DNA of 63,387 nt, filler included, from Candidatus Tectimicrobiota bacterium (GTDB taxonomy: Bacteria; JACPSX01), in NCBI GenBank assembly GCA_016193065.1. It is 9 parts of 9 records of this genome, joined end to end, with 100 filler letters (N's around TTAATTAATTAA, not from the genome) between each part and the next. Parts side by side here need not be neighbours in the genome. Positions count along the whole stretch, not along the records: positions 48,252 to 55,531 come from JACPSX010000024.1; positions 55,632 to 63,387 come from JACPSX010000026.1; 7 more parts are not named here. One strand, 5' to 3'. Both the position numbers and the translations under genes were made by a program. The notes beneath the pieces were generated by a model. The model searched no databases and had not been told where the DNA came from. It saw only the letters and a program-made list of their open reading frames with translations. The stretch's first letter is position 1; every line of letters begins with the position of its first letter. Positions 53,267-63,387 of this stretch are shown here, piece by piece.

Positions 53267-53995
53267 GTGAGCCGGGAAGTACCCGTTGGTTCCGTGATCT
53301 TGGGGGGTGGGAACCCGCTGGTCCTGATTGCGGGCCCGTGCGTCATCGAGTCCGAGCGGGACACCCTGGAAATTGCCCGGCGGCTCAAAGAGATCACGGC
53401 GGCGGCTGGAGTCCCCCTGATCTTTAAGGCCTCTTACGACAAGGCCAACCGCACTTCCATCCGCTCGTTCCGGGGACCGGGACCGGAGAGGGGCCTGCGG
53501 GTTTTGATGCGGGTCCGGGAGGATCTCGGGGTTCCGGTTCTCTCCGACGTCCACGAAACCGACCAGGTTTATGAAGCAGGCCAGGTTCTCGACGTGCTGC
53601 AGATACCGGCCTTTCTCTGCCGCCAGACGGACCTGGTCGTGGCGGCGGCCCGCACGGGTAAGGTGGTGAACGCAGAGCGCGGGATTTCTTTCGGCTACAA
53701 CAACCTGGTGGTCGATTTCCGTTCTCTGGTGATCATGGCGGAACTCGGCTATCCCGTGGTCTTCGATGCCACCCACAGCGTGCAGATCCCGGCAGGGGCC
53801 GGCACAGCTTCCGGCGGAAACCGGGAGTTCATCGCCCCTCTGTCCCGGGCTGCGGTGGCCGTGGGCTGCGATGCGCTCTTCGTCGAGGTCCACCCGGACC
53901 CCGACAAAGCCCTGAGCGATGGCCCGAACTCCCTCAAACTCGAGGACCTGCCCGATCTCCTCCGGCAAGTCAAGGCCATCGCGGCTGCCAGATGA
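53267..53995 (+). CDS. kdsA: KDO8P synthase with in-frame internal deletion
   Basis: [38 protein letters not shown]. The conserved VKKGQF block is missing between KVVN and ERG. Confidence 0.95.
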   Translation: MSREVPVGSVILGGGNPLVLIAGPCVIESERDTLEIARRLKEITAAAGVPLIFKASYDKANRTSIRSFRGPGPERGLRVLMRVREDLGVPVLSDVHETDQVYEAGQVLDVLQIPAFLCRQTDLVVAAARTGKVVNAERGISFGYNNLVVDFRSLVIMAELGYPVVFDATHSVQIPAGAGTASGGNREFIAPLSRAAVAVGCDALFVEVHPDPDKALSDGPNSLKLEDLPDLLRQVKAIAAAR

Positions 53996-54150
53996 CATTG
54001 TGAGCTTAGATCGGGGAGAAACGGGTTCGCTCCGGTCCAAATGGGTGTTTCCGATTTGAAAGGAACAGGGGCGGATTGTGGCATCTGAGGCGAAGTTCTC
54101 CCGGGATTACGACTTTAAGAAGAACGTGAGGCTGGAGTAGAGGAGGAGAG

Positions 54151-54696
54151 ATGTCCGATGAGCACGTCCGGGTACAGGCCGTCTACCGGGGTCGCATCGT
54201 CAACTTGGATCTTGAAATGGTTCGCCTCCCCAACGGGGCCGAGGTGACGATGGAGATTATTCACCACTCAGGGGCTGCCGCCGTGGTGCCCCTTCTTCCC
54301 GACAACAGGGTCGTTCTGATCTATCAGTACCGGCACGCGGTCGGCGGTTATATCTGGGAGGTGCCGGCGGGCCGCCTCGATCCTGGAGAGCTTCCGGAAG
54401 CCTGCGCCCAGCGAGAGCTTGCTGAGGAAGTGGGTTACAAGGCGGGCCATCTGGAAAAGATCGGGATGATCATGACCACCCCTGGGTTTTGTGACGAGAA
54501 GATCCACCTGTTCCTGGCTCGGGATCTCACCCCATGCCCGATCAACCATGAAGCCGACGAGGTTCTCGAGATTCGGGAAAAAGCTCTGGAAGAGGCCTTG
54601 GCCATGATTGGCCGGGGTGAGATTTGCGACGCTAAGACCGTAGTTTCCCTCCAGACTGCCTATTTGCACCTTTCGGGTCCCCGGTCCTTGAAGTAG
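54151..54696 (+). CDS. nudF: NUDIX hydrolase (ADP-ribose pyrophosphatase-like)
   Basis: QYRH, EVPAGRLDPGE...AQRELAEEVG, TPGFCDE, DAKT. Confidence 0.9.
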   Translation: MSDEHVRVQAVYRGRIVNLDLEMVRLPNGAEVTMEIIHHSGAAAVVPLLPDNRVVLIYQYRHAVGGYIWEVPAGRLDPGELPEACAQRELAEEVGYKAGHLEKIGMIMTTPGFCDEKIHLFLARDLTPCPINHEADEVLEIREKALEEALAMIGRGEICDAKTVVSLQTAYLHLSGPRSLK

Positions 54697-54707
54697 AAGG
54701 GAAACTG

Positions 54708-55531
54708 CTAGGGCCGGCCAAGACAGATCTGGTCCTTTCCTCCCTTCTTGGCCACCAAAAGGGCCTGATCGGCCTCCAGGATTAGCTCCTGGGGACTCTT
54801 GACTTTCTCTTTGGGGAGGAGGGTCGCAATACCGGCGCTGAAGGTCAGGGAGATGGGGGGGGTGCCACCGAAATTGTGGTGCTTGACACGCTCCTTCATC
54901 CGGTTGACGATTCCCCAGGCGCCCTTCGAGTTTGAATTGGGCAGAATGAGGGTGAATTCCTCTCCACCGTAGCGGGCTACCAGGTCCGATTCCCGGCAAC
55001 CGGTCTTGAAGAGATGGGCAACTTCCTTCAAAACCCGGTCTCCTGTGACGTGGCCGCAGGTATCATTTACATTCTTGAAGTGATCCAGATCGATCAGGAT
55101 CAGGGTGAGAGGATAGGCAAGCCTTAGGGCGCGGGATACCTCTTCGGAAATGCGCTTTTGGAAGTACCTGTGATTGTAGATCCCTGTGAGTCCATCGAGG
55201 TCTGAAAGGTTCTGGAGCCGTTCGTTTTCCCAGCGCAGGGATCTTTCGGACGATTTCAACCCGTCGATCGCCTCCTTCATCTCCTTTTCCCGCTGCTCGA
55301 ATTGGATCGCTGATTCACCGAGGGCCTGGCTGGCCTTCAGCACTGCCTTGAAAACCCCCTTCAAGTTCGGGACGCGGATATCGAGATAACCTGCCATCTC
55401 CTGAACTTGTTGTTCGATGGCCTCAAGGATCTGCCTTGCTTCCTCTTCCGTGTGCCCCAGCAGGCTGTAAATCTCCTGACAAAAGGCCCTGATCCTGACG
55501 CCCTCCTGGGTGTCGGAGAGGGCATGGGCTG
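54708..55531 (-). CDS. GGDEF diguanylate cyclase (5' partial)
   Basis: DGLTGIYNHRYF, DLDHFKNVND..GH..GD, RESD I-site, ARYGGEEF. Confidence 0.93.
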
Positions 55532-55631
55532 NNNNNNNNNNNNNNNNNNNNNNNNNNNNNNNNNNNNNNNNNNNNTTAATTAATTAANNNNNNNNNNNNN
55601 NNNNNNNNNNNNNNNNNNNNNNNNNNNNNNN

Positions 55632-56788
55632 CTGATGGACTCAGGATCTACCGAGTCTAGCTCCACCCACCCATCGTACAACCGGAAGTTCTGCCCCAGG
55701 CGCGATGACTCTTCTACGGGAGGGCACTTCCAGAGATGAAGCTTGGAGCCTATCGTGACGGCCTCCATGGGCAGTTCAATCGTGGTCCGGACCACAAACT
55801 CGATCACGCGATGGCCCGTGCACATCATATAGAAGAGTGCCCCCTGGACGTCATCATCATTCGAAAGCGAGCATGCCTCCTTCTGGAGAGCGTCTGTATT
55901 GCCGGGGTAAATGATCGGCTTCCATTCTCCCAGATTGTTATAGCGACCCGGCAGGCCAATCTCGTAGAGCCGCTTATCGCCTACTCGCCACTCGTCGCGC
56001 AATTCGTCGATCATCCCAACGAAGAAACCGACATGCGGATGCAGCTCGATGTTCATGCAATCCGTGCCGTTCGGAGATCGTACAAACCTCGCGGAAGCGC
56101 CGTTCGAGATGTGAACTTGAAAGCCGGAAAGACCCCACTCATCTTCTACGAGAAGCTCCAGTACTTCGAATCGGGGCATTTTGTAAAATTGGGGAGAATT
56201 CTTGTACGAGAGGCGCTCGGCGAAGTAGATCTCAATCATCGACCGGAGAAAGGTCAAGCAGTTGCGAAAGGATGTTTGAAGTCTATCGTCATTTGGGTTG
56301 GGGGCGCAAGGGGATGCAACGCCGAGCAACTCAGCGTCGTAAGAAGCGGTGATCAAGTCCGCGAGGTCATGCCATCCAGCTTCGGAGGCGACACGCGAAG
56401 CGTGTTCAGCCATCGCTACGCGCGAGGGCTTTACGACGTTCGGGAATCGCCCCTGGTAGAGGTGCAGGAACGGGGATACCTCATAGGCTTGCCTTAGACA
56501 ACATCGAATGAGATTGACAACGAGCGACAGCGCATCCTCGCAGTTCCCAATCGAGCGATAATCATCAGGGGTTGCATGATGATGATCCGAGGACGCAAAG
56601 CCAGCAAGAACCCTACGGAGCGCAAGCAAGGGATCAGCTGTGCCGGTTAACCCCTCGACTCGAACGAGAGTGAAGATATATTGAAGTCCGCCCTTCGATT
56701 TTGCCTCCCTGAAGAGCTTTTCCAGGCAAGCCTTCGCATCGCCGCCGTTTGCCCCAGTTGTGGATGTCGGCTCTGGTTCTTCCGGCAT
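55632..56788 (-). CDS. Hypothetical protein (3' partial)
   Basis: Long ORF with lower-GC codon usage running into the contig end; no family recognised. Confidence 0.6.
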
Positions 56789-56899
56789 AGCCGGCTCTCC
56801 TAAGGAATTCCGCTCTGTTGCTGGTAAACAACGGACGAAGGATAAAGCATGGACCGGCTGTATAAGAGAAGAGGCAGCTCTATCACTGATATCCGATAT

Positions 56900-57797
56900 C
56901 TACCTCCCGCGAGTTGCTAACTCCCGCAAGCAGATTCTTACCACGTTTATTGCGATGTCCGCCTGCTCTTTTGAGATCTTGATTCCCTTCTGCACCTGGC
57001 GTCCTGGATGTATCAGGTTCCGATACTCTCGGAGAGCATGGCTGAGGTGAATGGTGGCATTCTGCAAAATGCCAAGTTCTTTCGCAACATCTACAAGATC
57101 CCCAAGATTCCATTGAGGTAGGTCTGGAGGTCGTTTTCCCCGCAGCCGTTCATACTTATCGCACGCCCGGGTGGGATCCGAGGTGAGGGCGTCAAGCAGC
57201 ATTCCTTCCAGGATTCCGCCGCAGAGGATCATGCAGCTTTTCCGTGCGTTGGCCTCATGGATTTTCTGCGCTTCCTGCCAATCCTCCCACAATTGCTCGC
57301 GCAGTCCGGCTTCGCTGATAAACTACATTGTATGGTAACCCGACACTCCATTCTTGGTCTCCGAAGCTCCCGCCATCCCCATAAAAATGACCGAGCCGAA
57401 TCAGCTGTCTCAAGAGGCGAGACTCATCCGCGCTGAGGTGGAGAGCGGCTTCTACTTCTTGGCTCTTTACCAACTCGATCCCGGGGTCAGCGTCGAACCG
57501 GTCCCGAAGATAACTCAGGTACCCGGCGAGCAACTGTTCGATTTCTTCCCCTTGATCAGTAAGCAAGACTCCAAGAAACGTCAATCCATAGCGTTCTTTC
57601 CCGGAGTCCTTTGCTTCGTAGGCGATGCTGCCTCCCAACTGCTGAAGCGCCGAGCGTACTGCCTCTTTGCCGAACCGATGATGAAGGACCCGGGCAGAAA
57701 TCCACTCGGCTCGTTGGCGGTAGAAGTCCCAGACAGCATTCAGGATTTCGCACTGAACAGGGGTAAGCTGCGCCCGCAGGCTCTCAAGATCTGCCAT
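56900..57797 (-). CDS. Hypothetical protein with C-terminal HEPN-like domain; frameshift or deletion near 57325
   Basis: Second frame FISEAGLREQL..DWQEA...KSCMILCGGILEGMLLDAL...LREYRNLIHPG (RxxxH-type HEPN motif). Confidence 0.65.
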
Positions 57798-57830
57798 TCA
57801 AGTCCCTCATCTTGCTGGATGGTACCTCTG

Positions 57831-58136
57831 CTATCTTAATTCCTCCGCGAACCTCTTGCTCCGCCGGGGGAAGCACAGCGCACACCGAAGAACATTGCCC
57901 TGGGACATCGCAATCTTGATCGTCAGATGCTCTCGCCAATAGTCTGGTCGGGCCTTCGAGCGAGTCATGGCCCCACAACTCGGGCAGTGGAACGTAAAGA
58001 GGGGGCGCTTTCCGGGCCCCGTACGCTCATGGAACGAACCAACCACTGGGTGATCTCTGTGATCATGCTCAAACGCGCAACGAGTCAGATCAGGGTCGGC
58101 CAGGAGTCCGCTCAGCCAATCGTCACCTGGGCTCAT
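57831..58136 (-). CDS. Small hypothetical protein with CxxC pairs
   Basis: CPSC and CALC; ATGA overlap with the upstream gene. Confidence 0.5.
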   Translation of the reverse strand: MSPGDDWLSGLLADPDLTRCAFEHDHRDHPVVGSFHERTGPGKRPLFTFHCPSCGAMTRSKARPDYWREHLTIKIAMSQGNVLRCALCFPRRSKRFAEELR

Positions 58137-59049
58137 CGCGCCCTTCCCCTCGGACTGCCCAATTGCCTTCTCCTCTCCTTCTTGCGGAACAGGTCGTCAA
58201 GATACCGCGCCTTGAGCAGTTCGATCATGGTCTTGAACGCCTTCACCCGGATCGCCGCCCCGCCGCGCCGCTTGATGTGAATCGGGAGTTCGACGAGTTC
58301 CTTCAGATGATACACCTTATGGGGGTTGTCGATCCACCCCCGCCCTTTTGCCTTCTTCGGGTGTTGTTCTCCTGGCACGTCGCCCGTTCCTTAACGGCGA
58401 AGTCCCACCAGTCCGGGTCCGTCGAGGTGATCATCACCTCGGGCATATCCTTGATCACCTGATCTTGGATGATCCGCTTATTTGACATGATGTCCCCCAC
58501 GTAATCGAGAAATCGGGCGCTGAGGAACCGGATACAAGCAGGCGCTGGGGTCTCCGCGACTAACTGGCGGACGGTTGCCCAGCGGAGGTAGCAAAACTCG
58601 CCTGCGCGGAGGTCGGTCCGCTGCCGGAGTCTCCCCGCGAGAGCCTCGGCTTCAGCCTTGCGGTCGAATTGAGTCACAAGGGCGAGGCGGACGTGATCAT
58701 ACGTGCCCCGCTCATTTTGGAGGATCGCCGCGTACTTGTCGAGCTGGTTCCTGCCGAGGCGGGTCGCGCCGAGCTTCGATTCCAGGAGGACGAGGAACCG
58801 CCCCGGGAGGCGGATTTGGAGGTCGATCCGGCTCTGCTCGTCTACTCCCCCCGCATAGGGGACCTGGGTCTCAACGGCGATCTGTTTCCGGTCCTTCGGA
58901 TGCAGGGTCACGGTGGGGATGCGGAGGAAGCGGAGGAGGGAAAGGAGGGCCAGGGGGTGCGCCTGGAGGATCACGCCGAAGGCGGCGGAGATCTGATCCT
59001 CGTGAGCGCCGAAGCGGTTCAGGAGGTGGAAGACGTTGTCCACGCGCAT
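58133..59049 (-). CDS. PD-(D/E)xK nuclease with extra C-terminal domain; frameshift or deletion near 58362
   Basis: HEDQISAAF, VETQ, SRIDLQI...LLESKLG...NQLDKY; C-terminal frame KVYHLKELVELP.HIKR. Confidence 0.72.
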
Positions 59050-59154
59050 AAGCGTATTGGTCCTTCGGAACGGATAGGCAGATCGGCATTTTCCGCCTAA
59101 CCACCGCGAGATCATACCCCAGATCAGATTCTCAGGGAATACGCCCCCAGCCGC

Positions 59155-59370
59155 GTGGCCAGACGGTCAGCGGCGTATCGGCTGTCCCTCCGGCGCCTCC
59201 GGGAGGCCCGCCTTGCGGTGGGGCTGACGCAGGTGGAGGTGGCGGCGAAGCTCCGGCGGTCGCAGAGCACCGTCTGCAAATGCGAGTCCGGGGAGCAGAA
59301 GGTGGACGTGGTGGAGTTGGCGGGGTTCGCGAGGCTTTATGGCAGGAACTTGGGCGACCTCCTTGAGTAA
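59155..59370 (+). CDS. XRE-family HTH regulator
   Basis: LREARLAVGLTQVEVAAKL..SQSTVCKCESGEQKVDVVEL. Confidence 0.85.
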   Translation: MARRSAAYRLSLRRLREARLAVGLTQVEVAAKLRRSQSTVCKCESGEQKVDVVELAGFARLYGRNLGDLLE

Positions 59371-59382
59371 CGCGGAACTGCG

Positions 59383-60708
59383 CTACGTGCGCGAGACAAT
59401 ATCCAGGCGGCCGAACCTGAACCAGGCGACTGTCGTCTCCGGGAACGTCTTGAAGTGAATCGTGAGATGAAGGTCCCGTTCAAACCGCGGATCTCGCAAT
59501 TTCAGTAGTTCAGCCGCCTCCGTCGCGACCTTCTCCAGTTTCTCCCTGAGCTCCTCCTTTTCAACGGCTGATGAGTACAGCATAACATCCATTCTGACGC
59601 TATGGCGCGGCCGTAGCCAGACCAGCGAATAGGAAATCAGTTCGTGATGCCTCTCCCGTAGTGCCTCTGTTACCTTCCTCAGTTCCGGTGATGCCTCAAT
59701 GTCATCTCTTCGCTCTGCGAGCAGTTGAACCAGAGAGACTACCGCCCAGATACTATCCCGCAACAACTCTTCCCGTGTTTCGAACACGCGGCCGCTCTTA
59801 TGAACGACATCGTTCCGCCACCTTACCACTCTCAAGACCTTGTCTAGATCGACATCTGCCAAATAAGACTCGTGAAGCGTCAGATTTAGAAGCGCAGACA
59901 GTCGAGCGGTAAGGCCGACTTCAGGCAACAGAAAATGATCGATTCTATCCTTTGGTACCCCACGCGAGCTTAAGTGCGCGCGGAGGAACTGAGCTAAAAC
60001 GATCTCCAGGCCGATCACTGATTCGACAACGGCCAATCGATAATTTCCTTTTCGCATATGACCGATTGTGTTCGTGACGAATTCACTCTCAGGCGGTGGC
60101 TCCTTCCTCTCCTCCAAGGCCTCCACAATGTCGTCCCAGAACACAGTCTTGATTTCCACGGTTTCCCGAAATTCCTCATCATGCCCGGCAGCTGTACCGA
60201 ACAGGCCGGCCAACAAGCCAGCATACGGGTTCGCTTCCGCCTCTAGCACGGTCTGCCAACCCTTGCCGTCTTCCGATACCTCGACTTTCCATTTCCTCAG
60301 GCACGCCTCGATGTCCTTCTCGCTCGTGATGTTTTCGCGCAATCTTTCGGGCAGTTCCGGAGCCATTCCAAAGTTACGGATCGCCTTGCAAACCCGACTT
60401 CCAAGACGACGAATGAGTTGAAGCAGGTCTGAACGCCTATCGGGAGGGAGCAGTCCGGACAGCGGAGGAACTCGTTGGCTCTCCGGACGATCGCACAACA
60501 CCAGTTGGAGTCCTTCCGCTCTGCGCATGAACCTCCACGTCACCTGTATGGTTTTGATATCGACCACCTCGCCACCAGGAAGCGAGAGTCTTGCGGAATA
60601 GCCCTTGTACATGAAGTCAGCGTATACGTCGAGCCCTTGCTCGTGAAAGCTAAAGAGGTAGATCTCACATGGGATCAGGAAACGAAGTTGCATACGCCAC
60701 TTCTCCAC
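59383..60708 (-). CDS. Hypothetical protein with probable HEPN domain
   Basis: GNYRLAVVESVIGLEIVL and WRNDVVH (RxxxxH). Confidence 0.65.
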   Translation of the reverse strand: MEKWRMQLRFLIPCEIYLFSFHEQGLDVYADFMYKGYSARLSLPGGEVVDIKTIQVTWRFMRRAEGLQLVLCDRPESQRVPPLSGLLPPDRRSDLLQLIRRLGSRVCKAIRNFGMAPELPERLRENITSEKDIEACLRKWKVEVSEDGKGWQTVLEAEANPYAGLLAGLFGTAAGHDEEFRETVEIKTVFWDDIVEALEERKEPPPESEFVTNTIGHMRKGNYRLAVVESVIGLEIVLAQFLRAHLSSRGVPKDRIDHFLLPEVGLTARLSALLNLTLHESYLADVDLDKVLRVVRWRNDVVHKSGRVFETREELLRDSIWAVVSLVQLLAERRDDIEASPELRKVTEALRERHHELISYSLVWLRPRHSVRMDVMLYSSAVEKEELREKLEKVATEAAELLKLRDPRFERDLHLTIHFKTFPETTVAWFRFGRLDIVSRT

Positions 60709-60730
60709 TCAGGAGTAAGCTCTCTAACCG

Positions 60731-61351
60731 CTATTGGCTCTGCTCCAAGGGTTTTGGGAGGCCTTGGCAGATCACTTCCAAGGGCAGGATGCACTTCGGA
60801 AGCGACTTGAAGTCCTCGTCATCTTCTAGCATCTCCTGCAGGTGACCCACCTCAGTTAGCGACCTGACGATCGCCGCGACGAAGCGTTTGGGGAGGCGGA
60901 ATTCGTGGGGGCATCTCCACTCTCTCTCGTGAAGCCAGCTCACCCAACCTTCCTCCGAGACTTCGAGCTTTACTACCCTCCAGAGTTGATCCCTGGGCAC
61001 GTCAAGCCGTCTCTGCTCGGTCCCGGAAAGATAGAGGACCGGTCGCGCGCCTCGCTCATAAGCGGTCCGCTTGCTCACCACTACGCCGTAGGGTTCATAT
61101 CGCTCGGCGTTTTCCGGCGTACACACGGACTTCAGGGCGTGGAAGGGGACATCCATGAAACATGCCGCTGGTATCGATCCTTTAATGAACCCCGTCTGCG
61201 TGGTGCTGCCTCGCACCACGCCGCCTCTCAGAATGTTGACCAGGTTCTCGAAGCCGGAGCGGCCCCTCCGAGCACGAGTCAAGTGAATCAGGTAAGGCGT
61301 GAGGTCGGGCCGGGTCCAAAAAGGGAGCCTGCGGTAATCAATCGCCGACAT
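60731..61351 (-). CDS. AbiGi/DUF4427-like protein (predicted ADP-ribosyltransferase-like fold)
   Basis: LIHLTR, ACFMDVP, YEPYGV..SK..AYERGARPVLY, WLHEREWR. Confidence 0.65.
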   Translation of the reverse strand: MSAIDYRRLPFWTRPDLTPYLIHLTRARRGRSGFENLVNILRGGVVRGSTTQTGFIKGSIPAACFMDVPFHALKSVCTPENAERYEPYGVVVSKRTAYERGARPVLYLSGTEQRRLDVPRDQLWRVVKLEVSEEGWVSWLHEREWRCPHEFRLPKRFVAAIVRSLTEVGHLQEMLEDDEDFKSLPKCILPLEVICQGLPKPLEQSQ

Positions 61352-61582
61352 TGAATGGTCCTTCCCGCCTCCCAGAGTAAGCAGGGCCTGACCGCCAGCC
61401 CCTTACGCCCCCGCTCGCAGAAGGGGACGTCGGTGCTGAAAGCAACTTGCGGTGCTAACCTGATCGGGCGCGCGGGACGCCGCCGCCTGCCACTATCGGG
61501 AGCTGTCCCTGACCGGATCGCTCGTCAGCCCTGCCGGGAGGCGAGGCTCCCGTAACCGCCTGCGGAAGAGCCGGCTCGCCGC

Positions 61583-61770
61583 CTACGGCCGGGGCTGACG
61601 GGCCGTGATCCGCCACAGGTAGATCGTCCGCGGCCTGCCTGACTCGTCCAGGGGCTGCCGGACCGCCTCGGGCCGCCAATCGCCCATGTCAAAGTCATGC
61701 GAGACGACGACGGCGCCGGGGCGCAACTGACTCTGGAGGGCGGGCCGGAGCTTCAGGTTCGCCTCCCGGC
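61583..61770 (-). pseudogene. Class I SAM methyltransferase C-terminal remnant
   Basis: EANLKLRPALQSQLRPGAVVVSHDFDMGDWRPE...IYLWRI. Confidence 0.75.
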
Positions 61771-61905
61771 TTCGATTTCTGCGTGTCTGGGCACAGGCTG
61801 CTTCTGGCCGGTTTTGGGATTGAAGTAGATATCGTGGCGGGAGCCGGACCGGAGGAGTCCGCAGCCGTCCCGGACCAGATGACGAATGAACTCCCTCCGT
61901 TTCAT
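61753..61905 (-). CDS. hicA: HicA toxin, C-terminally truncated (not in the ORF track)
   Basis: MKRREFIRHLVRDGCGLLRSGSRHDIYFNPKTGQKQPVPRHAEI; ATGA-coupled to hicB. Confidence 0.85.
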   Translation of the reverse strand: MKRREFIRHLVRDGCGLLRSGSRHDIYFNPKTGQKQPVPRHAEIEAGRRT

Positions 61906-62090
61906 ACCGCGATGGCTTTTTCGCGGTGGTCCTGGGGCACATCCTCCAGGATCATCATCCGGTATGCGTCTCGCAGATTCGTCTCGAGTTCCTTCAGGGT
62001 GCGACCTTGCGTCATGATCTCAGGATACTCCTTGAGTTTCCCGAGCCAGAACTTCTCCCCTTTCCAGTAGATCATCGTCATCTTGCTCAC
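61902..62090 (-). CDS. hicB: HicB-like antitoxin
   Basis: FWLGKLKEYPEIMTQGRTLKELETNLRDAY; GTG start after GGAGG. Confidence 0.85.
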   Translation of the reverse strand: MSKMTMIYWKGEKFWLGKLKEYPEIMTQGRTLKELETNLRDAYRMMILEDVPQDHREKAIAV

Positions 62091-62259
62091 GACAGCCTCC
62101 AGGGAACTTGGTTGAGTCCGGTACATCGATACTTGAAGTGCGCCTGTCCTCCTTGTCGGCGACCGACGACCGAGGCTATGCAGACACAGATGTTTCGGCG
62201 AGCGCGGAGGAAGCGCAACCGGTCAAGCGGTTACCACGAGGGAGAGGCAGTGTCATGTG

Positions 62260-62601
62260 TCAGGCCCTCCTCCGTGTTTGTGCCTCCCGGATGATCCCCT
62301 CGCTGATCCAGCTCCGCATCAGGGCTTGGTAGCTCAAGCTCTTCCTGCGGGCCAGTTGTTTGGCCCGTGCGATCTGGCCCTCCTCCAGTCGAAGCGTCAC
62401 CGGCTTCTTCCGACTCCGCTGCAAGGTGATGCGCCGGGCTCTGGGGGATACTTCAATCTCCACTGGTTCAAGCTGGTCCCAGATGTCCGCGAGGCTGTGC
62501 GTGGACCAGAAGTGCGCTTCCTCGGCCTCATTTTTAAAGCGGGGGACCTCATCCAGCGACTTGAGATATCGCATGCGCCTCGGCGTCTTACTTTCTGGCA
62601 T
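62260..62601 (-). CDS. BrnA/CopG-like antitoxin
   Basis: VPRFKNEAEEAHFWSTHS...VTLRLE...SYQALMRSWISE. Confidence 0.85.
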   Translation of the reverse strand: MPESKTPRRMRYLKSLDEVPRFKNEAEEAHFWSTHSLADIWDQLEPVEIEVSPRARRITLQRSRKKPVTLRLEEGQIARAKQLARRKSLSYQALMRSWISEGIIREAQTRRRA

Positions 62602-62851
62602 AACTGCGCCTCTCCTTGAGAGTCATGTCTCGTGCGGTTATGGGTCGCACCACACCGCTTCCAAGATATCGGAAGTGTACCAGCAAGAATCTCCCGTCTT
62701 CCGTCGTCCCCGCCGCCTGATATCGGCCCTCCCGCGTCCGTCGGACCTTGGGCCTGCGCCGGAGGACCTGCTCAATCTCCCATTGCGCGACACCATGGGT
62801 CGCGATGTGATCAATGTTGTCGTCATCCCAGAGGAAAGATGCAACCCTCAC
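62588..62851 (-). CDS. brnT: BrnT family toxin
   Basis: FLWDDDNIDHIATHGV...E.EQV...GTTEDGRFL...RPITARDMT.KERRSY. Confidence 0.88.
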   Translation of the reverse strand: MRVASFLWDDDNIDHIATHGVAQWEIEQVLRRRPKVRRTREGRYQAAGTTEDGRFLLVHFRYLGSGVVRPITARDMTLKERRSYARK

Positions 62852-63048
62852 GGAATGAGGCTAGCCAAATGTCAACCGTTTGTCAATACGCACGAAGGCC
62901 GAGGTAGCCCTATCTTTTCGATCGGGATCAGGTAGTCTTTGACCTGTTTGTATAGGAGGCGACCCCGCGTTCCAAGCATGACTTCTCTCCCGACTGGGGC
63001 CGGTTGGGTGGGATGAGGATAGTGATGAAGGCCCGTAGCTTGCGGGGC

Positions 63049-63387
63049 TCACAGGTTCCGGAGGTAGGCGGGACCGCCGAGCTGGATCATCTGCTCCTCG
63101 ATCCAGCGGGCGCGTTCTCGCACGTAGGCCGAGGGATTCCTGGCGTGAAGTCGGCGGGGGTTGGGCAGGACCGCGGCCAGGAGAGCAGCCTCCGCTCTCC
63201 CCAGGTCAGCGGGACGCTTGCCGAAGAAGGCCTGGGCGGCCGCAGCGACCCCGTAGATCCCGTCGCCGAACTCGGCGACATTCAGGTACACCTCGAGGAT
63301 CCGCCTCTTCGGCCACAGGAGTTCCAGCAGCACCGTGAAGTAGGCCTCCAGACCTTTCCGCAGGTAACTCCGCCCGGGCCAGAGGAA
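63049..63387 (-). CDS. mtgA: Monofunctional peptidoglycan transglycosylase (5' partial)
   Basis: [48 protein letters not shown]. Confidence 0.93.
   Translation of the reverse strand, partial: FLWPGRSYLRKGLEAYFTVLLELLWPKRRILEVYLNVAEFGDGIYGVAAAAQAFFGKRPADLGRAEAALLAAVLPNPRRLHARNPSAYVRERARWIEEQMIQLGGPAYLRNL

Noticed and set aside
59095-61460. attC array in the last contig
   Set aside because: Only isolated GTTAG cores (about 59095, 60722, 61454) with no matching arms; insufficient evidence.

Overview
The window is nine GC-rich bacterial contigs or scaffold pieces joined by artificial N-TTAATTAATTAA-N linkers (about 12135-12234, 16839-16938, 22267-22366, 25141-25240, 31221-31320, 41608-41707, 48152-48251, 55532-55631), so adjacency across linkers is meaningless. 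Contig 1 holds a type III-D CRISPR-Cas locus on the minus strand: cas6, cas10, cas7, csx10, two cas11-like genes, cas7, cas7, csx19, cas7/csm5, then three ancillary genes (Card1/Can2-like CARF nuclease, Csx15, 2TM-CARF Cam1-like) and a 37-bp-repeat array cut by the window edge. No cas1/cas2 is visible. The middle contigs are mostly housekeeping: GHKL ATPase/ParA, MFS, ETF, TRAP, DedA, carbamoyltransferase/gmd/wzm, leuCD-iorAB-leuA, Mo-oxidoreductase, glgC, hydantoinase A/B, DUF5131+TcmP, kdsB-pyrG-kdsA. Contig 7 (41708-48151) is the least ordinary part. It is an integrase-less attC cassette array interleaved with four copies of a ~165-bp element made of a REP-like palindrome plus what looks like the start of a RAYT/Y1 transposase gene; two copies are joined directly to half attC sites. 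Contig 9 is a defence/toxin-antitoxin hotspot. About 15 genes carry apparent internal deletions or frameshifts, including the Cas10 GGDD region. These are most likely assembly artefacts and must be checked before any biological conclusion. All family calls come from motif recognition by eye; no searches were run.
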